64,000 nucleotides of DNA. Origin: Epithemia pelagica (Eukaryota; Protista; Bacillariophyta). The DNA is taken from the NCBI GenBank assembly GCA_946965045.2, contig OX337240.1:868001-932000 (forward strand), read 5' to 3'. Shown in pieces: positions 10,001 to 21,511 of this stretch (positions are counted from its first letter, which is position 1; every line of letters begins with the position of its first letter). The notes beneath the pieces were generated by a model. That model saw only the letters and a list, made by a program, of their open reading frames with translations. It was not told where the DNA came from and searched no databases. The position numbers were made by a program, and so were the translations under genes.

Positions 10001-10690
10001 ATTCTCTGTAATGATGGAAAAGAAATAGTTGGTATCTTCCATATCGGTGTAAGCGTTGGAGGATCCTCCCCCGTATTGATTCAAAAAGGTTTCGTATTCG
10101 TCTTCTTGCGGATACTTTTCCGTTCCCAGAAAGACCATGTGTTCATGAAAGTGAGCCAGACCGGGTATAGAGTCATCAAAATGGCCAGCCTGGACATGTA
10201 CGGAAGCTGCCTCGGCACCGACATCACCCTCTTCCATTTGATCCGAGATCAACATGACTTGGAGATTGTTTTGTTTGAGCTTGATGAAGCGATATTGTCG
10301 TGCATCGCGATCGGGTTTCTCGAATTCATGGTCATGGGCGAGTATTTCCACCAACGCATTGTCATTCTTGGGGGGAGTGCCTTGTTGTGTTTCATCCAAC
10401 TCGGAAACGGCAGCGGTAGCATCTTGGGCTGTTTCGTCAAATGCCGTGCTGGACAATGGCGAGCTGCATCCATGAACAACCCCCACTTGGTTGGGTGGAA
10501 ACAAATAATTCACACTACTTCTCCTGAATGGGGCAGTCGGAGGATTCATCCATGGAGTCGCTTCGGCAATCATGAGCCAGCAACAAAATACGCGTGCCAT
10601 GAGAGGTTGAACCATGGTCCAGTGGCCCAGAAAGGACGACGACGAAAGAGGGACCATGCGTCGAGACGAGGCTGCTGGTGGTGGTGCCAT
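7034..10690 (-). CDS. Insulinase-like (IDE/nardilysin, peptidase M16A) metalloendopeptidase
   Basis: Inverted zinc motif GLAHFHEHMVFLGTEKYP, SNAYT, LDRLAQFF, WHKMDQYWKVPKA and AFNQLRTIEQLGY. The ORF is open to 11053; ATG 10690 (MAPPP) is chosen as the plausible start before a hydrophobic targeting segment. Confidence 0.93.
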   Translation of the reverse strand: MAPPPAASSRRMVPLSSSSFLGHWTMVQPLMARVFCCWLMIAEATPWMNPPTAPFRRSSVNYLFPPNQVGVVHGCSSPLSSTAFDETAQDATAAVSELDETQQGTPPKNDNALVEILAHDHEFEKPDRDARQYRFIKLKQNNLQVMLISDQMEEGDVGAEAASVHVQAGHFDDSIPGLAHFHEHMVFLGTEKYPQEDEYETFLNQYGGGSSNAYTDMEDTNYFFSIITENKDSNQTSQGLAGALDRLAQFFIKPKFDPDAVDREVKAIDSEYRNGKTSDAWRNYQAVKSFANQSHPFAKFGCGNMETLTGQGTDKLLEELHNFWNTYYQSYNLRLAVSGHASLDALQQTVVETFGALPYSEGEPRYKETLPPPAADTVNGDEPKPHFVREHAVYKCPAFGPEQLGLIRYMIPLLETRSVKISFAVPPLDDPLMRERHPHRVVSHLLGHESPGSLHALLNEEGYLTSLSSGIAIDSSDFCLFSVTISLTPEGMAHLDKVLDLTFQWIALIKQSQTEFGPHHDEQRRISEMHFRFRENGDPTDFVSNAAGFMFDCMEAKHFLRGSTIQSDNDPAITKAFLERLRPENALIVVTNSDFNQQEDSQGKWVVEPWYGAQHKDTPMRETQMKQWEFPSKFDERLHIPELNAYIPDDFSLRCEDARVENGSGPVVEEEEDDLDENDTLIPPVPIIENDRLRLWHKMDQYWKVPKAFIRLSILTPDVYRSPRSITYNRIFQRLLNDDLNSFVYDASLAGCNYRVACVPTGYRISVRGYSQKLSFLLDTLTARMFSLIEEMKTGEPSLLEKFNRAKDDLCRETKNYRLDSPYEVANYNSRLLIEESVWYIDNYINEMEGSAGVSPLTMEECAQVTEECLSDRVKCEALCMGNLATHEAKVVGDLITKRFLAKSRVLSSVETPSFRSLQMPTKEEAGQIFGPVAAQRSIPLVYADLAYSETEENNAVEVVLQCGSEFNLGYQGLATFDLISHMAYNSAFNQLRTIEQLGYIVSVSARKTVGNAWAMSIIVQGSSVSPETLEERIEAWLCSFRDELAAMSPEAVAKEGEAVVAQLMETDTKLSQEVSRAWGEILNTESLTDTMKTPAFDRLDRLSEELLVRDKEAAAEEDGAGEASRSPTAEELKDRVLTFFDHWFLVDSPYRRAMSARVYSQKWKEEFKAIRSSPGVVSSFSDIRHLKQFLSSWPTVPYWRIDNSSVTQSPKDGSSGI

Positions 10691-11348
10691 GGTGGAATCC
10701 CTAAAGGAGGATAAGGATTGCAGGGTCGGCGTCTTTTTGTTGGCCCACCTGCAGCAATAAGAACAACAAGGGTGCAGCGTTCTTCTTCTTCGTTGGGAAA
10801 GCTGACGTAATAGGAAACTGAGGTACACCATTGTCGCGCCACCTGCTGCCGAAAGCGGCCCAAGAATTCGGCGCCCACTTTGGATCGCTTCAAAGTCTCT
10901 CGAGGGTCGCAGAAATGGTGACGCACTTCGAACATCGATTCCCGCGGGAATGAAATACGGACATAAGCCCTCCAAAGGCGGATCATCGCGAGTTCCATCG
11001 ATCATCTTCGAAGTGTGTCGTAAAAGGACACCCGCCATGACGGATGACACCATGAAGAGGATACCTTGTGCTCATAATTTGGATTCTTGTCGAACCAATA
11101 AACAACAACCATCCAATTCACAATCACACACACTCCAAGCAGAAACACAAGCAAACAAAAACCAAAATGACGCAGCAACAAAGTTTTGAAGTACAAAGTT
11201 TGAATGCGAACGAAGTCAAATTCAACAACAAGTCCAGCACCTGACGGAAGGCGACGCCGATTTAACGCAAGAGTCTGTCATCCATTCGACGTCGAATCAC
11301 ACTGGCAAGTCTTTATCTCGTACGGAAGATGGTGCGACAGCCACTTCC

Positions 11349-12080
11349 TTGAAGTCAGCAGTGCGTGGTGTCACCAACTTTGTGCCGTTGCAAATGGGCG
11401 GACGAGGTGGCACACACATGGTGTCGGAAGGATCCGCGCGGTTGATTCAGGTTGAAGTTTCGTTGGAGGATTTGGAACACATGACAACTCTATTCTACAA
11501 AAAGGCATTTCAAGATCACACATTGGACAAGTTTATTCGATCACATGAGGACCCACATGGTGCTCGGTTCGCCAAGTGGATTCACCAAAAATTGAGTGGC
11601 TCGTCCGTGTGGGATCAAGATCGTCAAGAGCGAAACTTGGAACCGGCTCGTGTGGCGGGTGGTCATCGTCACGTGGTACATGATCGCTCGTCGGCTCATG
11701 TGGCGGCCTGGCATTCTCCCAAACGTCCGTCGCGGGAGGTGGGACGGCATTTCAAATTGGATGAATGCCGTGTTTGGATGCGCTTGCATTTCTGGGCCAT
11801 GCGAGAATCGGGCTTGATGGACACTGCTCCCAACTTTTGTGATTACTATGTACGATTCATTGGACATTTTGTCCGTGTGTACGAATCCACCGCACCCCTC
11901 TTTGCACGAGACAGTTTGCGCTGGTCGGAGGACTCGTCCAATATTGCACGATACTTGGAACAAGGCCGTCGTATGAACGATATCTTGGGTTTGTCCGTGT
12001 CGGAATCGAAGGCGCAGCTTCCATTGCATGAAGCACAAGACTCGGAATGGCCTTACATTCAAAGTCCTCAGCGTGGATAG
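11349..12080 (+). CDS. Truncated-haemoglobin-like (2/2 globin, group II-like) protein
   Basis: Helix pattern LFYKKAFQDHTLDKF (B/CD), HGARFAKW (E), AHVAAW (F) and FKLDECRVWMRLH (G8 Trp-like). The 5' end is uncertain; see the frameshift finding. Assigned by pattern only. Confidence 0.6.
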   Translation: MKSAVRGVTNFVPLQMGGRGGTHMVSEGSARLIQVEVSLEDLEHMTTLFYKKAFQDHTLDKFIRSHEDPHGARFAKWIHQKLSGSSVWDQDRQERNLEPARVAGGHRHVVHDRSSAHVAAWHSPKRPSREVGRHFKLDECRVWMRLHFWAMRESGLMDTAPNFCDYYVRFIGHFVRVYESTAPLFARDSLRWSEDSSNIARYLEQGRRMNDILGLSVSESKAQLPLHEAQDSEWPYIQSPQRG

Positions 12081-12375
12081 AGAGCGAGAGAACAGACTGG
12101 ATTACCCTCTATTGTATACTGAATGATACCGATGAGAAAACTACTAGGAGTACACCATTAAAAACGATACGCCCAACAATATAATCGTTCAACGTGTTAT
12201 GGTATAGAATGCAGGAGTATGCGGACTGTGTATTCTGTGATATTTTGATTCCTGTGGTAGTAGTAGTAGTAGCATTGGCTTCTAGTGGCTATCTGAAACA
12301 ACATAGTAGAGTTAAGTTTTGCGACTAAGATTGACTTTGTGAGGATACAAGAAAATTCGATTATCGTATGCGGAA

Positions 12376-13267
12376 GATTCGCATTGAGACCATTGGCCTC
12401 TCTTCGATCGGTCTACGTTGGAAACGCACAATCCATCTCAACCCACGTGGACATGAACGGATTCGCAAAGGGAAACTCGAAGGTTCGGATGCGACGCTGC
12501 AGCATGACGTGGGTCGAACATGTTCAGAGGATTCTCATTGCCACAATGGCGTTCTGGCTAGCATCTGGTATGTTTCCATCGATTGTGTGTGTCCATGACA
12601 CCAATGCGAATTGCCGAGACTCCACAGATACACAAGAGCGGTACATGTTTCCTTGTTATTTGATACGGCTATATCATTTCTTATCGAGAGTCGAGAGAGG
12701 TGCCTCATTTTAACAGAGCAACCGCAATGATGTACGATGGGTGGTACACATGGGACAAGACCGAACCAACATTATCATGCAACGACTACCGGCGAACCCA
12801 AAATGGAAAATGGTCATATGTGCTTCGACCTAGAAAAATAACCAAGCAAGCAGACATATCAGAGAACTTCCCCAGGTAGTTCTAATCGAGTCCTTGATAA
12901 AATACAAGTGGCTCCTACAAACTTGTGTCATCTCAGTACCAGGCCCAGATGACATGAATGCATCTACGATCTATGATAGAGGGGGCAACAATTTGTGGCA
13001 ATAGAGGTAGCTCCTCCCTCACTTTGTGAGGCTACCCATACCCATCCAAAAACGCCGTTGCCCATAGCCCATAGCCATGGGTCATAACCATGATTCGCAT
13101 TTTGACAAACTGGGCCATCTTGACCGTGCACCACCAAAAAAATGAACGGAGACTGCATGGAACTGCAACATGGAATTCGAAGGTTCGGATGTGATGGTAC
13201 ATGACGTGGACGTGGGGAGAGGTTGGATTCTCATTATGACACTGGTCTAGCATGTTTCAAAATCGAT
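12376..13267 (+). repeat. Two diverged ~180-210 bp direct repeats (12376-12583 and 13092-13267) in intergenic DNA
   Basis: Collinear shared blocks GATTCGCATT, ATGAACGGA, TCGAAGGTTCGGATG, CATGACGTGG, GGATTCTCATT, CTAGCAT and ATCGAT. Confidence 0.75.
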
Positions 13268-13602
13268 AGTTCTTGAATGGTCCGGAAGCACTTGGATACG
13301 GACATCACAGATGTACAAGCAATAAAAAGCGAGTGCTGCATGTTTTTTTAATTATCGGCTCGTTGCAGCACGGCCACATGCACCGCGCCACTACTAGATG
13401 AATGTTCCACCATGTCATTTCAAACACAAGATCACATGGCCAAAACGTCGTACCTAACTAAAGACAAAGAGCGAGGAGGAAAAGGAAACCATACATTCTA
13501 TCATCTTGCTTTACGGAACATGTTATGTGGTTTCATGTCCCCCTCCAAAACAATTGATAAAGATACATAAAAAGGCGCAGCTCATTCTCATATGAAATCT
13601 TG

Positions 13603-14427
13603 TCATGCCGCTCCTGCTGCTATATACCCCGAATTGGTTGCCGAAGTAATCAGGAAAAAGTTGTGCACAAGTTCCAATACCATGTCGTCTTCTGGCAACC
13701 AACAATATTTGACAAACTCTTGTAGGCAGGCGAGCCATCTGTTGGATGCTTCCAAGTCACTGAGATCGTAGCAACATTTTGCCAAGTTGGTACAAATGGC
13801 CATGAGCAAAAAGGTAATGCTGTTCCCTCGTGCCGTGGCGTCCGTGGCATATTCCTTGAGGTTCATCCATGCGTACTCATAGAAACAGCGTGCATTTCTC
13901 AATGCAAGCGTCGGGTTGACACAGCCATTTCGAGCACTGAGTTGGGAACAGAGACCAAGATTGAATAGGCAGGCTGCAGTGCAGCATGACAGAAGCTGGT
14001 CCGTGATCATTTCCGCAACATTGCTTCCAATGAAGCTGAAGGGGTAAGCAAAGAACTCGTCTTCCCACTCTGGACAGGCAATTGACTGATCCTTGGACAT
14101 TGGAACGAACATGAGCTCGGTTGGTATCCTCCATACAGTTGAGTCTGAGTTGTTTCCACTTGCTAAAGCCTTTCGAGTCTCAGAGAGCGAGGAAGTAATG
14201 CGGCCAAGGAGTTCCGATGCAATGGATAATTCATTTTGAGAGATGAGGACAGTGGCATCGTAGATCGACTTTTGGATGAGAAAGGCGGCTTTGACGTGTT
14301 GATTCATTGCGGAAACGCCAGTGAGCTGGTTCCTTTGGTGTCGGTTGATAAAGTGATAGGAAGGCAAGGAGGTTGGTTCCAAGAGAGGCTTGATGATCGG
14401 ATGAGTCATCAGATAATGTGAGACCAA
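13603..14427 (-). CDS. Uncharacterised helical (TPR-like) protein
   Basis: 274 aa ORF with a TTG start; an ATG at 14307 (MNQHVK) is also plausible. LFNLGL...ARCFYEYA and NLAKCCYDL look like TPR helices. Confidence 0.6.
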   Translation of the reverse strand: MVSHYLMTHPIIKPLLEPTSLPSYHFINRHQRNQLTGVSAMNQHVKAAFLIQKSIYDATVLISQNELSIASELLGRITSSLSETRKALASGNNSDSTVWRIPTELMFVPMSKDQSIACPEWEDEFFAYPFSFIGSNVAEMITDQLLSCCTAACLFNLGLCSQLSARNGCVNPTLALRNARCFYEYAWMNLKEYATDATARGNSITFLLMAICTNLAKCCYDLSDLEASNRWLACLQEFVKYCWLPEDDMVLELVHNFFLITSATNSGYIAAGAA

Positions 14428-14976
14428 ATAAAATCGTCAAGCAACTTTGCACTGTTCGCATCCTTGCCACTTTGGTATTCGCATCTGTGCCATTATTCAT
14501 TATTCCTCAAAGTTTCTCGTCGGACGAGTGAGGATGGAATTCGGATTTCGACCAGAACCCACATAGATGAAGCAGTATTCATGTTGATGTTGTAGTTGAG
14601 TTTGGAGGTCCGGAGCGAAGGACAGACGATAAAAGACCGCATATGAACAGGATCGAAGATTTAAGAAGGATCCAAAATCCGAATCGCATCGATACACCTC
14701 AGCCCTCAGACTCAGCCAAGATCCAGCCAACATGACGGAAGACTACTCCCACTCCCAGCGGGTATGAGTCCTGAGAATTAGTGATTGTGTAGTAGGTTGA
14801 ATTGAGAGTATTTCGAGACAAAAAACACGATACACATGCGACCTTGCTTGGGAGTAATGGGCGACGGAAAAAGGGGGGAACGTGCCTCACCACTCACCAC
14901 ACCACCACCCACGCTACTCGGCACCATCAAACAGAGATCGCGATTCTCGATCTTGTGTGAAGTGAATCAAACGAGA

Positions 14977-16020
14977 ATGAAGCTGCTTGTTTTCTTTGGT
15001 ATATGGATTGTTATCACCATGGTAGCATCTGGATTGAGCACGCCTCTTCCGTCGAACGTGAACAAGGTGGCAGTGATTGGAGCGACGGGACGGTTGGGTC
15101 GAACAACGGTCCAACAGCTCGTGGACCGGGGAATCTCTTGCAAGCTTTTGATACGCAACGGATTGGACCAACCCGTCGAACAATCATCATCAAATGACGA
15201 GGAAGATTCGCCATTGATGAAAAAATCGCGGACAGAATTGATTGCCTATCTGAAATCGAACAAGGGTGTGGAACTTGTGTCGGGTGATGTCGGCAATGTC
15301 AGTGCCTTGCAAGAATTGTTGAAAGATTGTGACGCTTGTTTGGCTGTCTATGGATCCACTCGTCGAAGTAAATTGAGTGATATGTGGAAACCGGTAGAAG
15401 ACGATCCGACACACGCAAAGCAGATTAATTATCAAGGTGTCATCAACATTCTCAACGCTGCCAAGGGGACACCCTGCAAGAGAGTCGTTCGAATTACGGG
15501 CAAGGGCGAAGATCCTACGTCATTTTTCAGTGTGGCTATCAACATGTTGGGAAGTATGGCCAAAGCATGGAATTATCAAGGAGAATTGGCCCTGCGCAAT
15601 CAAAGTGATATCGAATATACCATTATTCGACCAGGTATCATGAGTGAACAAGGACCGTTGGATGGCACAAACGACAGCTACAGATTGACATTGGCGGATG
15701 ACGGCGGTGATTTGAAGGTTTCCAAAATACGGTATGCCGACATTGCCGCTCTCTGTATAGAATCACTTGGATATCCCAATGCGGCACGGTCGACTCTGAC
15801 GGCCATAACTGTAGACAAGGACGATGCGTCTCCCATGTCGGCAACATCGTGGGGAGCCCTTTTGGCCAAGGTCCAACCAGATCGACGAGTCTTTCCAACA
15901 GATATGCTCCAACAACACAAGGCAGCGGTACGCAGCGCTCTCATCAAGATTGGTGTCTTTGGCTCTGCCGTCGGTGCTGTCATTCTCGCCATGTTGGCCA
16001 AGGTAGTCTTTTCGTGGTGA
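14977..16020 (+). CDS. NAD(P)-binding Rossmann-fold (atypical SDR, NmrA/Tic62-like) protein with signal peptide and C-terminal TM helix
   Basis: VAVIGATGRLG, LVSGDV, INYQGV, YTIIRPG and IRYADIA. Hydrophobic N-terminus from ATG 14977. Confidence 0.88.
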   Translation: MKLLVFFGIWIVITMVASGLSTPLPSNVNKVAVIGATGRLGRTTVQQLVDRGISCKLLIRNGLDQPVEQSSSNDEEDSPLMKKSRTELIAYLKSNKGVELVSGDVGNVSALQELLKDCDACLAVYGSTRRSKLSDMWKPVEDDPTHAKQINYQGVINILNAAKGTPCKRVVRITGKGEDPTSFFSVAINMLGSMAKAWNYQGELALRNQSDIEYTIIRPGIMSEQGPLDGTNDSYRLTLADDGGDLKVSKIRYADIAALCIESLGYPNAARSTLTAITVDKDDASPMSATSWGALLAKVQPDRRVFPTDMLQQHKAAVRSALIKIGVFGSAVGAVILAMLAKVVFSW

Positions 16021-16435
16021 GAATGAGGAACGGTTCCTGCGTCCCCATGGATTGGTCATGGACACAACGCTTTGTCGCAAGTCACATCCTTCTCGCCCCA
16101 CAATTGTTTTTTCTGGGTGGACTTTTGACGATGATGCAACGGGATCCGAACGGCAGTGTTTCCAACCTGGAACAGCAGATGTAGAAACAACAAGGGAGCA
16201 ACTAATTGTGTTTCCCTCACGTTCCTTTTAAGATTGTTTTTATACATACAGCTGCCTGGACCTTCAGATCGACGCTGTGCTTCATCAGAGAGGTGCGCAC
16301 CTTCGAGTTTTGTTGGAAAGTTGGGGACTGTCTTGGGATCGTATCGCATTGAGATGACGAGGAAACTAAACATTTCAAAGGAGTTCTCGTTCATGTGTCT
16401 CCTTGAACATATCAAAAAAGGCCCAGATGAGATCC

Positions 16436-16626
16436 ATTCCTGAAAGAATCAGTAAGAACCAAGCGAACCAATATTTTCAATTTGTTGTTCCTTTCTTCCA
16501 CACCTTTTGCTGCCAAACATACATCGGGCCTAATCAACGACAGAGAGAGGGCATTCCTCAAAGAATCAGTAAGAACCCAGCGAATCAATTTGTTGTTCAT
16601 TTCTTCCAAAACCTTTCGCCAAACAT
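16436..16626 (+). repeat. Two-copy ~75 bp direct repeat at 117 bp spacing
   Basis: ATTCCT(G/C)AAAGAATCAGTAAGAACC..GCGAA.CAA...TTTGTTGTTC.TTTCTTCCA at 16436 and 16553, each followed by GCCAAACAT. Confidence 0.8.
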
Positions 16627-17081
16627 GATCAAAAAATGATAGAGTCTCTGATTGTTCAGTCTCGATACTTTGAGTCATGAATGTGACGTGGAAGGTGGAA
16701 GCCCTCGCAATTCGCGGGCTGTGGGCTGTTCTGTTCTTTGAGACTGTTCTCTGTTCTGCTTTTCCGCCGGCTACGATGCCTACGGGCTACGGGTAGCCCC
16801 AAAAAATCCCAATTCCAAATCTTCCTGCAAAAAAAAAGCCGACGATGTTGTCTATCGATTCCTTGCCCGCGACGATCATGTTCGGACTCATGTCGACGAT
16901 TTCCGGACCCATCCTGGTCCAGTGTTAAGCAAGAACGAGTGAAAAGAGAGTTACCGACGATCGAGGTTACTCACATTTCAGTCCTTGTCTATCTATTACG
17001 ACATCTTTCCATACTCTTTTGTGACATCTTCATGTCTTTGGTGGTAGGTTCCTGCTCCCCGAGTCAGGACCGTTTCCCGAC

Positions 17082-17621
17082 ATGGGCGCAAGCGACAAGA
17101 ACGTGATGCTCTTTGAAAGGTTTGCGCATTATTGCAATATTGTTTCATTGGGCTGGGCCATCTTGTACTATGGCACACAACGCCCTGACTTGTTTCAGAA
17201 AGATCACTACGGCTACCTTTTGATTGGCCTGTGCCTCCAGCATGTGTTCGAACAGTTCATGCACGAGACGGGCCCTTCCACGACGACCAGTATATTGCAC
17301 GAAAATCGCATTTGGACTACCTACGCCGTCCTTGTCTTTCATGGATACAGCTGGACGCACGGAGGGTACGACAAGGTTTTGGATCGTTTCATGGCCGAGC
17401 CATTTTTCCTCTTCCTGTCGATTGTGGGGTGCTTGATGGGGGCGCACGCCAGCTGTGTCACCAACTGGATGCTGGGCACCTACGCCGCCCTCGAAGGAGG
17501 GTGGCCGTTTCCCGTGCGTGTCGTCAACTTTCTCGCGTCGTTGGGTTTGGTCGGGTTCCTGGTCAAAAAGTATTTGGAAACGCACAATGAACAAGCCCTA
17601 AAGTTGCAGAAATCGGAATAG
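17082..17621 (+). CDS. Small multi-pass membrane protein, unknown function
   Basis: 179 aa ATG ORF with 4-5 hydrophobic segments; GC-rich third positions are consistent with coding. Confidence 0.7.
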   Translation: MGASDKNVMLFERFAHYCNIVSLGWAILYYGTQRPDLFQKDHYGYLLIGLCLQHVFEQFMHETGPSTTTSILHENRIWTTYAVLVFHGYSWTHGGYDKVLDRFMAEPFFLFLSIVGCLMGAHASCVTNWMLGTYAALEGGWPFPVRVVNFLASLGLVGFLVKKYLETHNEQALKLQKSE

Positions 17622-17958
17622 ATAAGACTACTTCTACCTACTCACTGTAGGTCTATTTCGGTAGTCTCACTGTAATTGAGTCACGATCGGGTTTGAGGCA
17701 GAGAAGTTTGTCATGGACCTTTTCTGCGACCTATTGCGCGCCTGTCCATCCGAGAAAATGGCGCAACACCTCCGCACCTCCGCACTCTCCTTCGCGGACG
17801 GAGTATGTCATTTTTTAGCACCTCATGTCCACAATGATGCCACGATGATCTCTAATTCTAATAGTACCACGGTTCTAGGAATCTGAGAAGAGGGGGTTGC
17901 ATCTTTGTTTAGAAGATACGGTGATTGGTTCTTGCTGGAAATTTTCATCATCATAATC

Positions 17959-20900
17959 ATGGTGGTGGTCTTGAATGTTGCCGAAAAGCCATCGGTGGCT
18001 CGAGCTCTCCAAACAGTGTTTGGTCGAATGCCGGGAGCTCAAAGTCGGGGCATGCAACGAGATGGATCGTCTCAAATTTTTACCCACGACCGAGTCCAAT
18101 TTCCTTCCATTCAACAGCAGCAAGGACAAGGACAAGCGCAACGAGGTGTTCCAGGTAAGTGTTGTTCCGTGTCTTGCATTCCATCCAACACGGCTTTTGG
18201 GAGGGGGACGTGCCATTGGAATCGGAGATGCGAGAGAACAACAGAACTGTTGTCTCATGATTTTGTCGTCATTTCATCCCTTCTTTGGTGGAACCTTTGC
18301 TGCTGCTTGATGAACAGTCGCTCCTCATACCATGATAACGACTTCGGTCCGTGGCCATTTGGCCTCGCAAGATTTTAACAGTGCCTTGTATGGGTGGCAA
18401 AAATGTGAACCCGTGGCCCTGTTTGAAGCTCCGATTGAAACCTTTTATCGAAATGATATGGAACCCTTGCAACGCATGATTGCCCGTTTATCGCAACAAG
18501 TTCAATATGTGATTTTATGGTTGGATTGCGATCGAGAAGGAGAAGCCATTGGGGAAGAAGTCCGACACGTGTGCTTGCAAGCCTCGCGGCAGTTGACGCC
18601 ACGGCACATTTTTCGAGCCAAATTTTCCACTGTCCTGGCACCGGAAATTGAACGCGCCCTTCATTCCCTGGGACGCGTCCAAGATGCTCTCGTAGATGCC
18701 GTCCAATTGCGAAGTGAATTGGATTTGCGGGTCGGTGCCGCCTTTACACGATTTCAAACCTTGCGATTGCAACAAAAGTTTGATTTTTCCCAAGATCAAG
18801 CCAATGGGAGTGGTCAGTCCACAGTTGTGTCCTATGGACCTTGTCAATTTCCTACCTTGGGCTTTGTCGTCGAACGATGGGCTCGGATCCAAACCTTTGT
18901 GCCCCATCAATTCTGGACCATTGAACTCAGTCTTATTTGTGGGGAAACCCACCAGGAAAGTGGTAACAACCAAAACAATCATCGCAACAATGCCCGTCCG
19001 ATTCATTTCAATTGGAAACGTGGTCGCTTGTACGACCAAACCTTGGCCACGGCCTTGTACGAAAGTTGTCTCGATGCGGGTCCAGCGACTGTGGTGTCGA
19101 TGCAAGGCCGACCCCAAAACAAATGGCGGCCTGTGCCCTTGGCTACGGTAGAACTCCAGAAACGGGCCAGTCGTTATTTGCGCATTGGGAGTGAACAACT
19201 TATGGCGGCCGCCGAAGAACTTTATCAACAAGGCTATATTAGTTATCCTCGTACCGAAACGGAACGATTCCGTCCCGAATTTCAGCACCATCCTCTGATT
19301 CAACAGTTTGCCAGTCTGGGGAATGGGCATCCAGAATTTTCCGAGTATGCGCAAAAGTTGTTGAATGGGCACTTTCAAAATCCTCGCGCGGGACAACATG
19401 ACGACCAGGCACATCCTCCCATTACACCCTGCAAGGCGGTAGATCCCAACTCTATTTCCGATAGTACACAACGCGGTGTCTACACCTTGGTTGTTAAGCA
19501 CTACTTGGCTTGTTGTTCGCGGGATGCCATGGGAAAAGAAACCACTCTTACCGTACGATTGTGTGAAGAAGCCGCTGGTACCATGGAAGAGTTTACGGCC
19601 AAGGGTCTCATGATTCTCGAACACAATTGGTTGGAAATTTATCAACCCTGGGAACGGTGGAGCACTGGACAAGGAGAATTGCCCAATGTGCAAGTAGGAA
19701 GTCGCATTACTCCCCATTCGCTCATTCTCAAACAAGGCAGTACCACTCCACCGCTGCCTCTGTCCGAAGTGGAACTCATCTCTCTCATGGATCGCAACGG
19801 CATTGGGACCGATGCTACCATTGCCACTCACATTGCCACTATTCAAGATCGTGAGTATGCCATTAAGGATGCCAGCCAAAAGTTTTTTCCCACGCCTCTG
19901 GGCATTGCCCTCATTCAAGGATACAATACCATGGGATATCAACTCAACAAACCAGATTTGCGACGAGAAATGGAGGCCGAGTGTAACCACGTTGCAGCAG
20001 GTCGAAAGGCCAAACAACAAGTTCTGGTTCCCCTCCTGTCCAAAATGAAGCAAACCTTCCAAACGGCAGTGGCAGAAGCACACAAATTAGATGCGGCCAT
20101 GGCTCAGCATTTTCCTCGAGTCGGGGCCAATAATCAAACATGGAATGTGATTCAGAACCAATTTTCTCTCTGTGGCACATGTCAGACTCCCATGATGCTC
20201 AAGCAGCAACATGGTGGTGGTGGTCGAGGCAATGGCAACCATCGACGAAAAGCACTCTTGTTCTGTTCGACTTGCAGTGTCGGCTGGCCACTACCACGTT
20301 CTGGCGTTCCACAACCGCATACCACAACTGGCACTGGGGCACCCACCATTTGTCCGATTTGTCAATTTCAAGTGGTACAAATGCAACGGGGGGAGGGCTA
20401 CGAAGGTAATGGATATACCCTTTGTCCCAAATGCTTTTCGAATCCGCCCGCCGAATACGGTGGTGCCTCGGGTGGACAACAGTTCAAGTGCTTTGAATGT
20501 CAAAATACCGCATGTTCTCTCTCGAGCGCCATTGTCGGAGGAGAAACTCCTGTCTTTGCTTGTCCATTTTGTTCCAACGGTGCCATCAACCAACAACAAC
20601 AACCAGCACAGGTAACGTTGAGACGAACATCTCGAGGGTTTGTCTTGTCCTGCAATCGTTACCAATCCGATCGAGGTCGACGTTGTCCCTACACCATTTG
20701 GTTGCCCAAACAATGTCAATCGGTATCCGTCGCTGGTTCTGGAAACAATGATGAAAACCAACCGCCTTCGAATCAGTCAGTATCGGCTGGTTCAATTTGT
20801 CATTCATGTACCAACAATCGCAATGGCTCTGTGGTCCGACTGATTTCTATTCAATGGAAACCTGGGAGTGTTCCTCCGCACTTTGGACGGGAAACCTCGG

Positions 20901-21187
20901 TTTGTGTCTTGTGCGATGCCGAGTTTCGACAGGAATTCCACATGAACTTACCACAGCCAGGTCAAGTTCAGACGACCCGTCCCAATGCGTCGTCATCGTC
21001 GTCCTTTGCAGGACGAGGTGGCGGTGGTCGGACAACCAATACCAACGCCCGATTTGGCGGACGAGGCACTGGAGGCCGGGGTCGTGGACGAGGCGCTGGT
21101 GGAAGGAATGGGACAGGAGGTGGTGGAAATGTTTGTTACGCCTGTGGACAACCAGGTCACTTTGCAAACGCTTGTCCCAATCGATGA
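17959..21187 (+). CDS. TOP3A: DNA topoisomerase III alpha; exons 17959-18154 and 18318-21187
   Basis: VLNVAEKPSVA, WLDCDREGE, SELDLRVGAAFTRFQT, SYGPCQFPTLGFVV, catalytic ISYPRTE and GIGTDAT; C-terminal C4 Zn ribbons, RGG tract and CCHC knuckle. The GTAAGT...AACAG intron (18155-18317) joins the exons in frame. Confidence 0.95.
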
Positions 21188-21511
21188 ATGATGACCGACG
21201 ACAGACGGAGCTTAAACCAAGCGCACTTGGCACAATAACGAGTACATGGGCTTTTCTTTTCAAGATTCCTCAAACAGTTTTCTAGAGGTTTGAAAATGCC
21301 GACCTTTGGATTCAAATCGACAATGATCTATCATCGCAGTTTGGTTTTTGGGATTTAAAGGTTGGATCGTCGGGTATTAGCGACGGTAGTGTTTCATGAA
21401 AGATGCGATTGAAATGCGTATAAAGCACGACTCAGCTTGGCAGCATGATGGGCGCACACGTTTGCGAAAGATTCTCAAAGATCCATTGATTGGCAGCTTG
21501 AATGATAACAG

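Noticed and set aside
18515-20083. 522 aa antisense ORF over TOP3A, and other long antisense ORFs (9728-10714, 35798-36571, 55187-56050)
   Set aside because: Shadow frames of strongly supported genes with no recognisable motifs.
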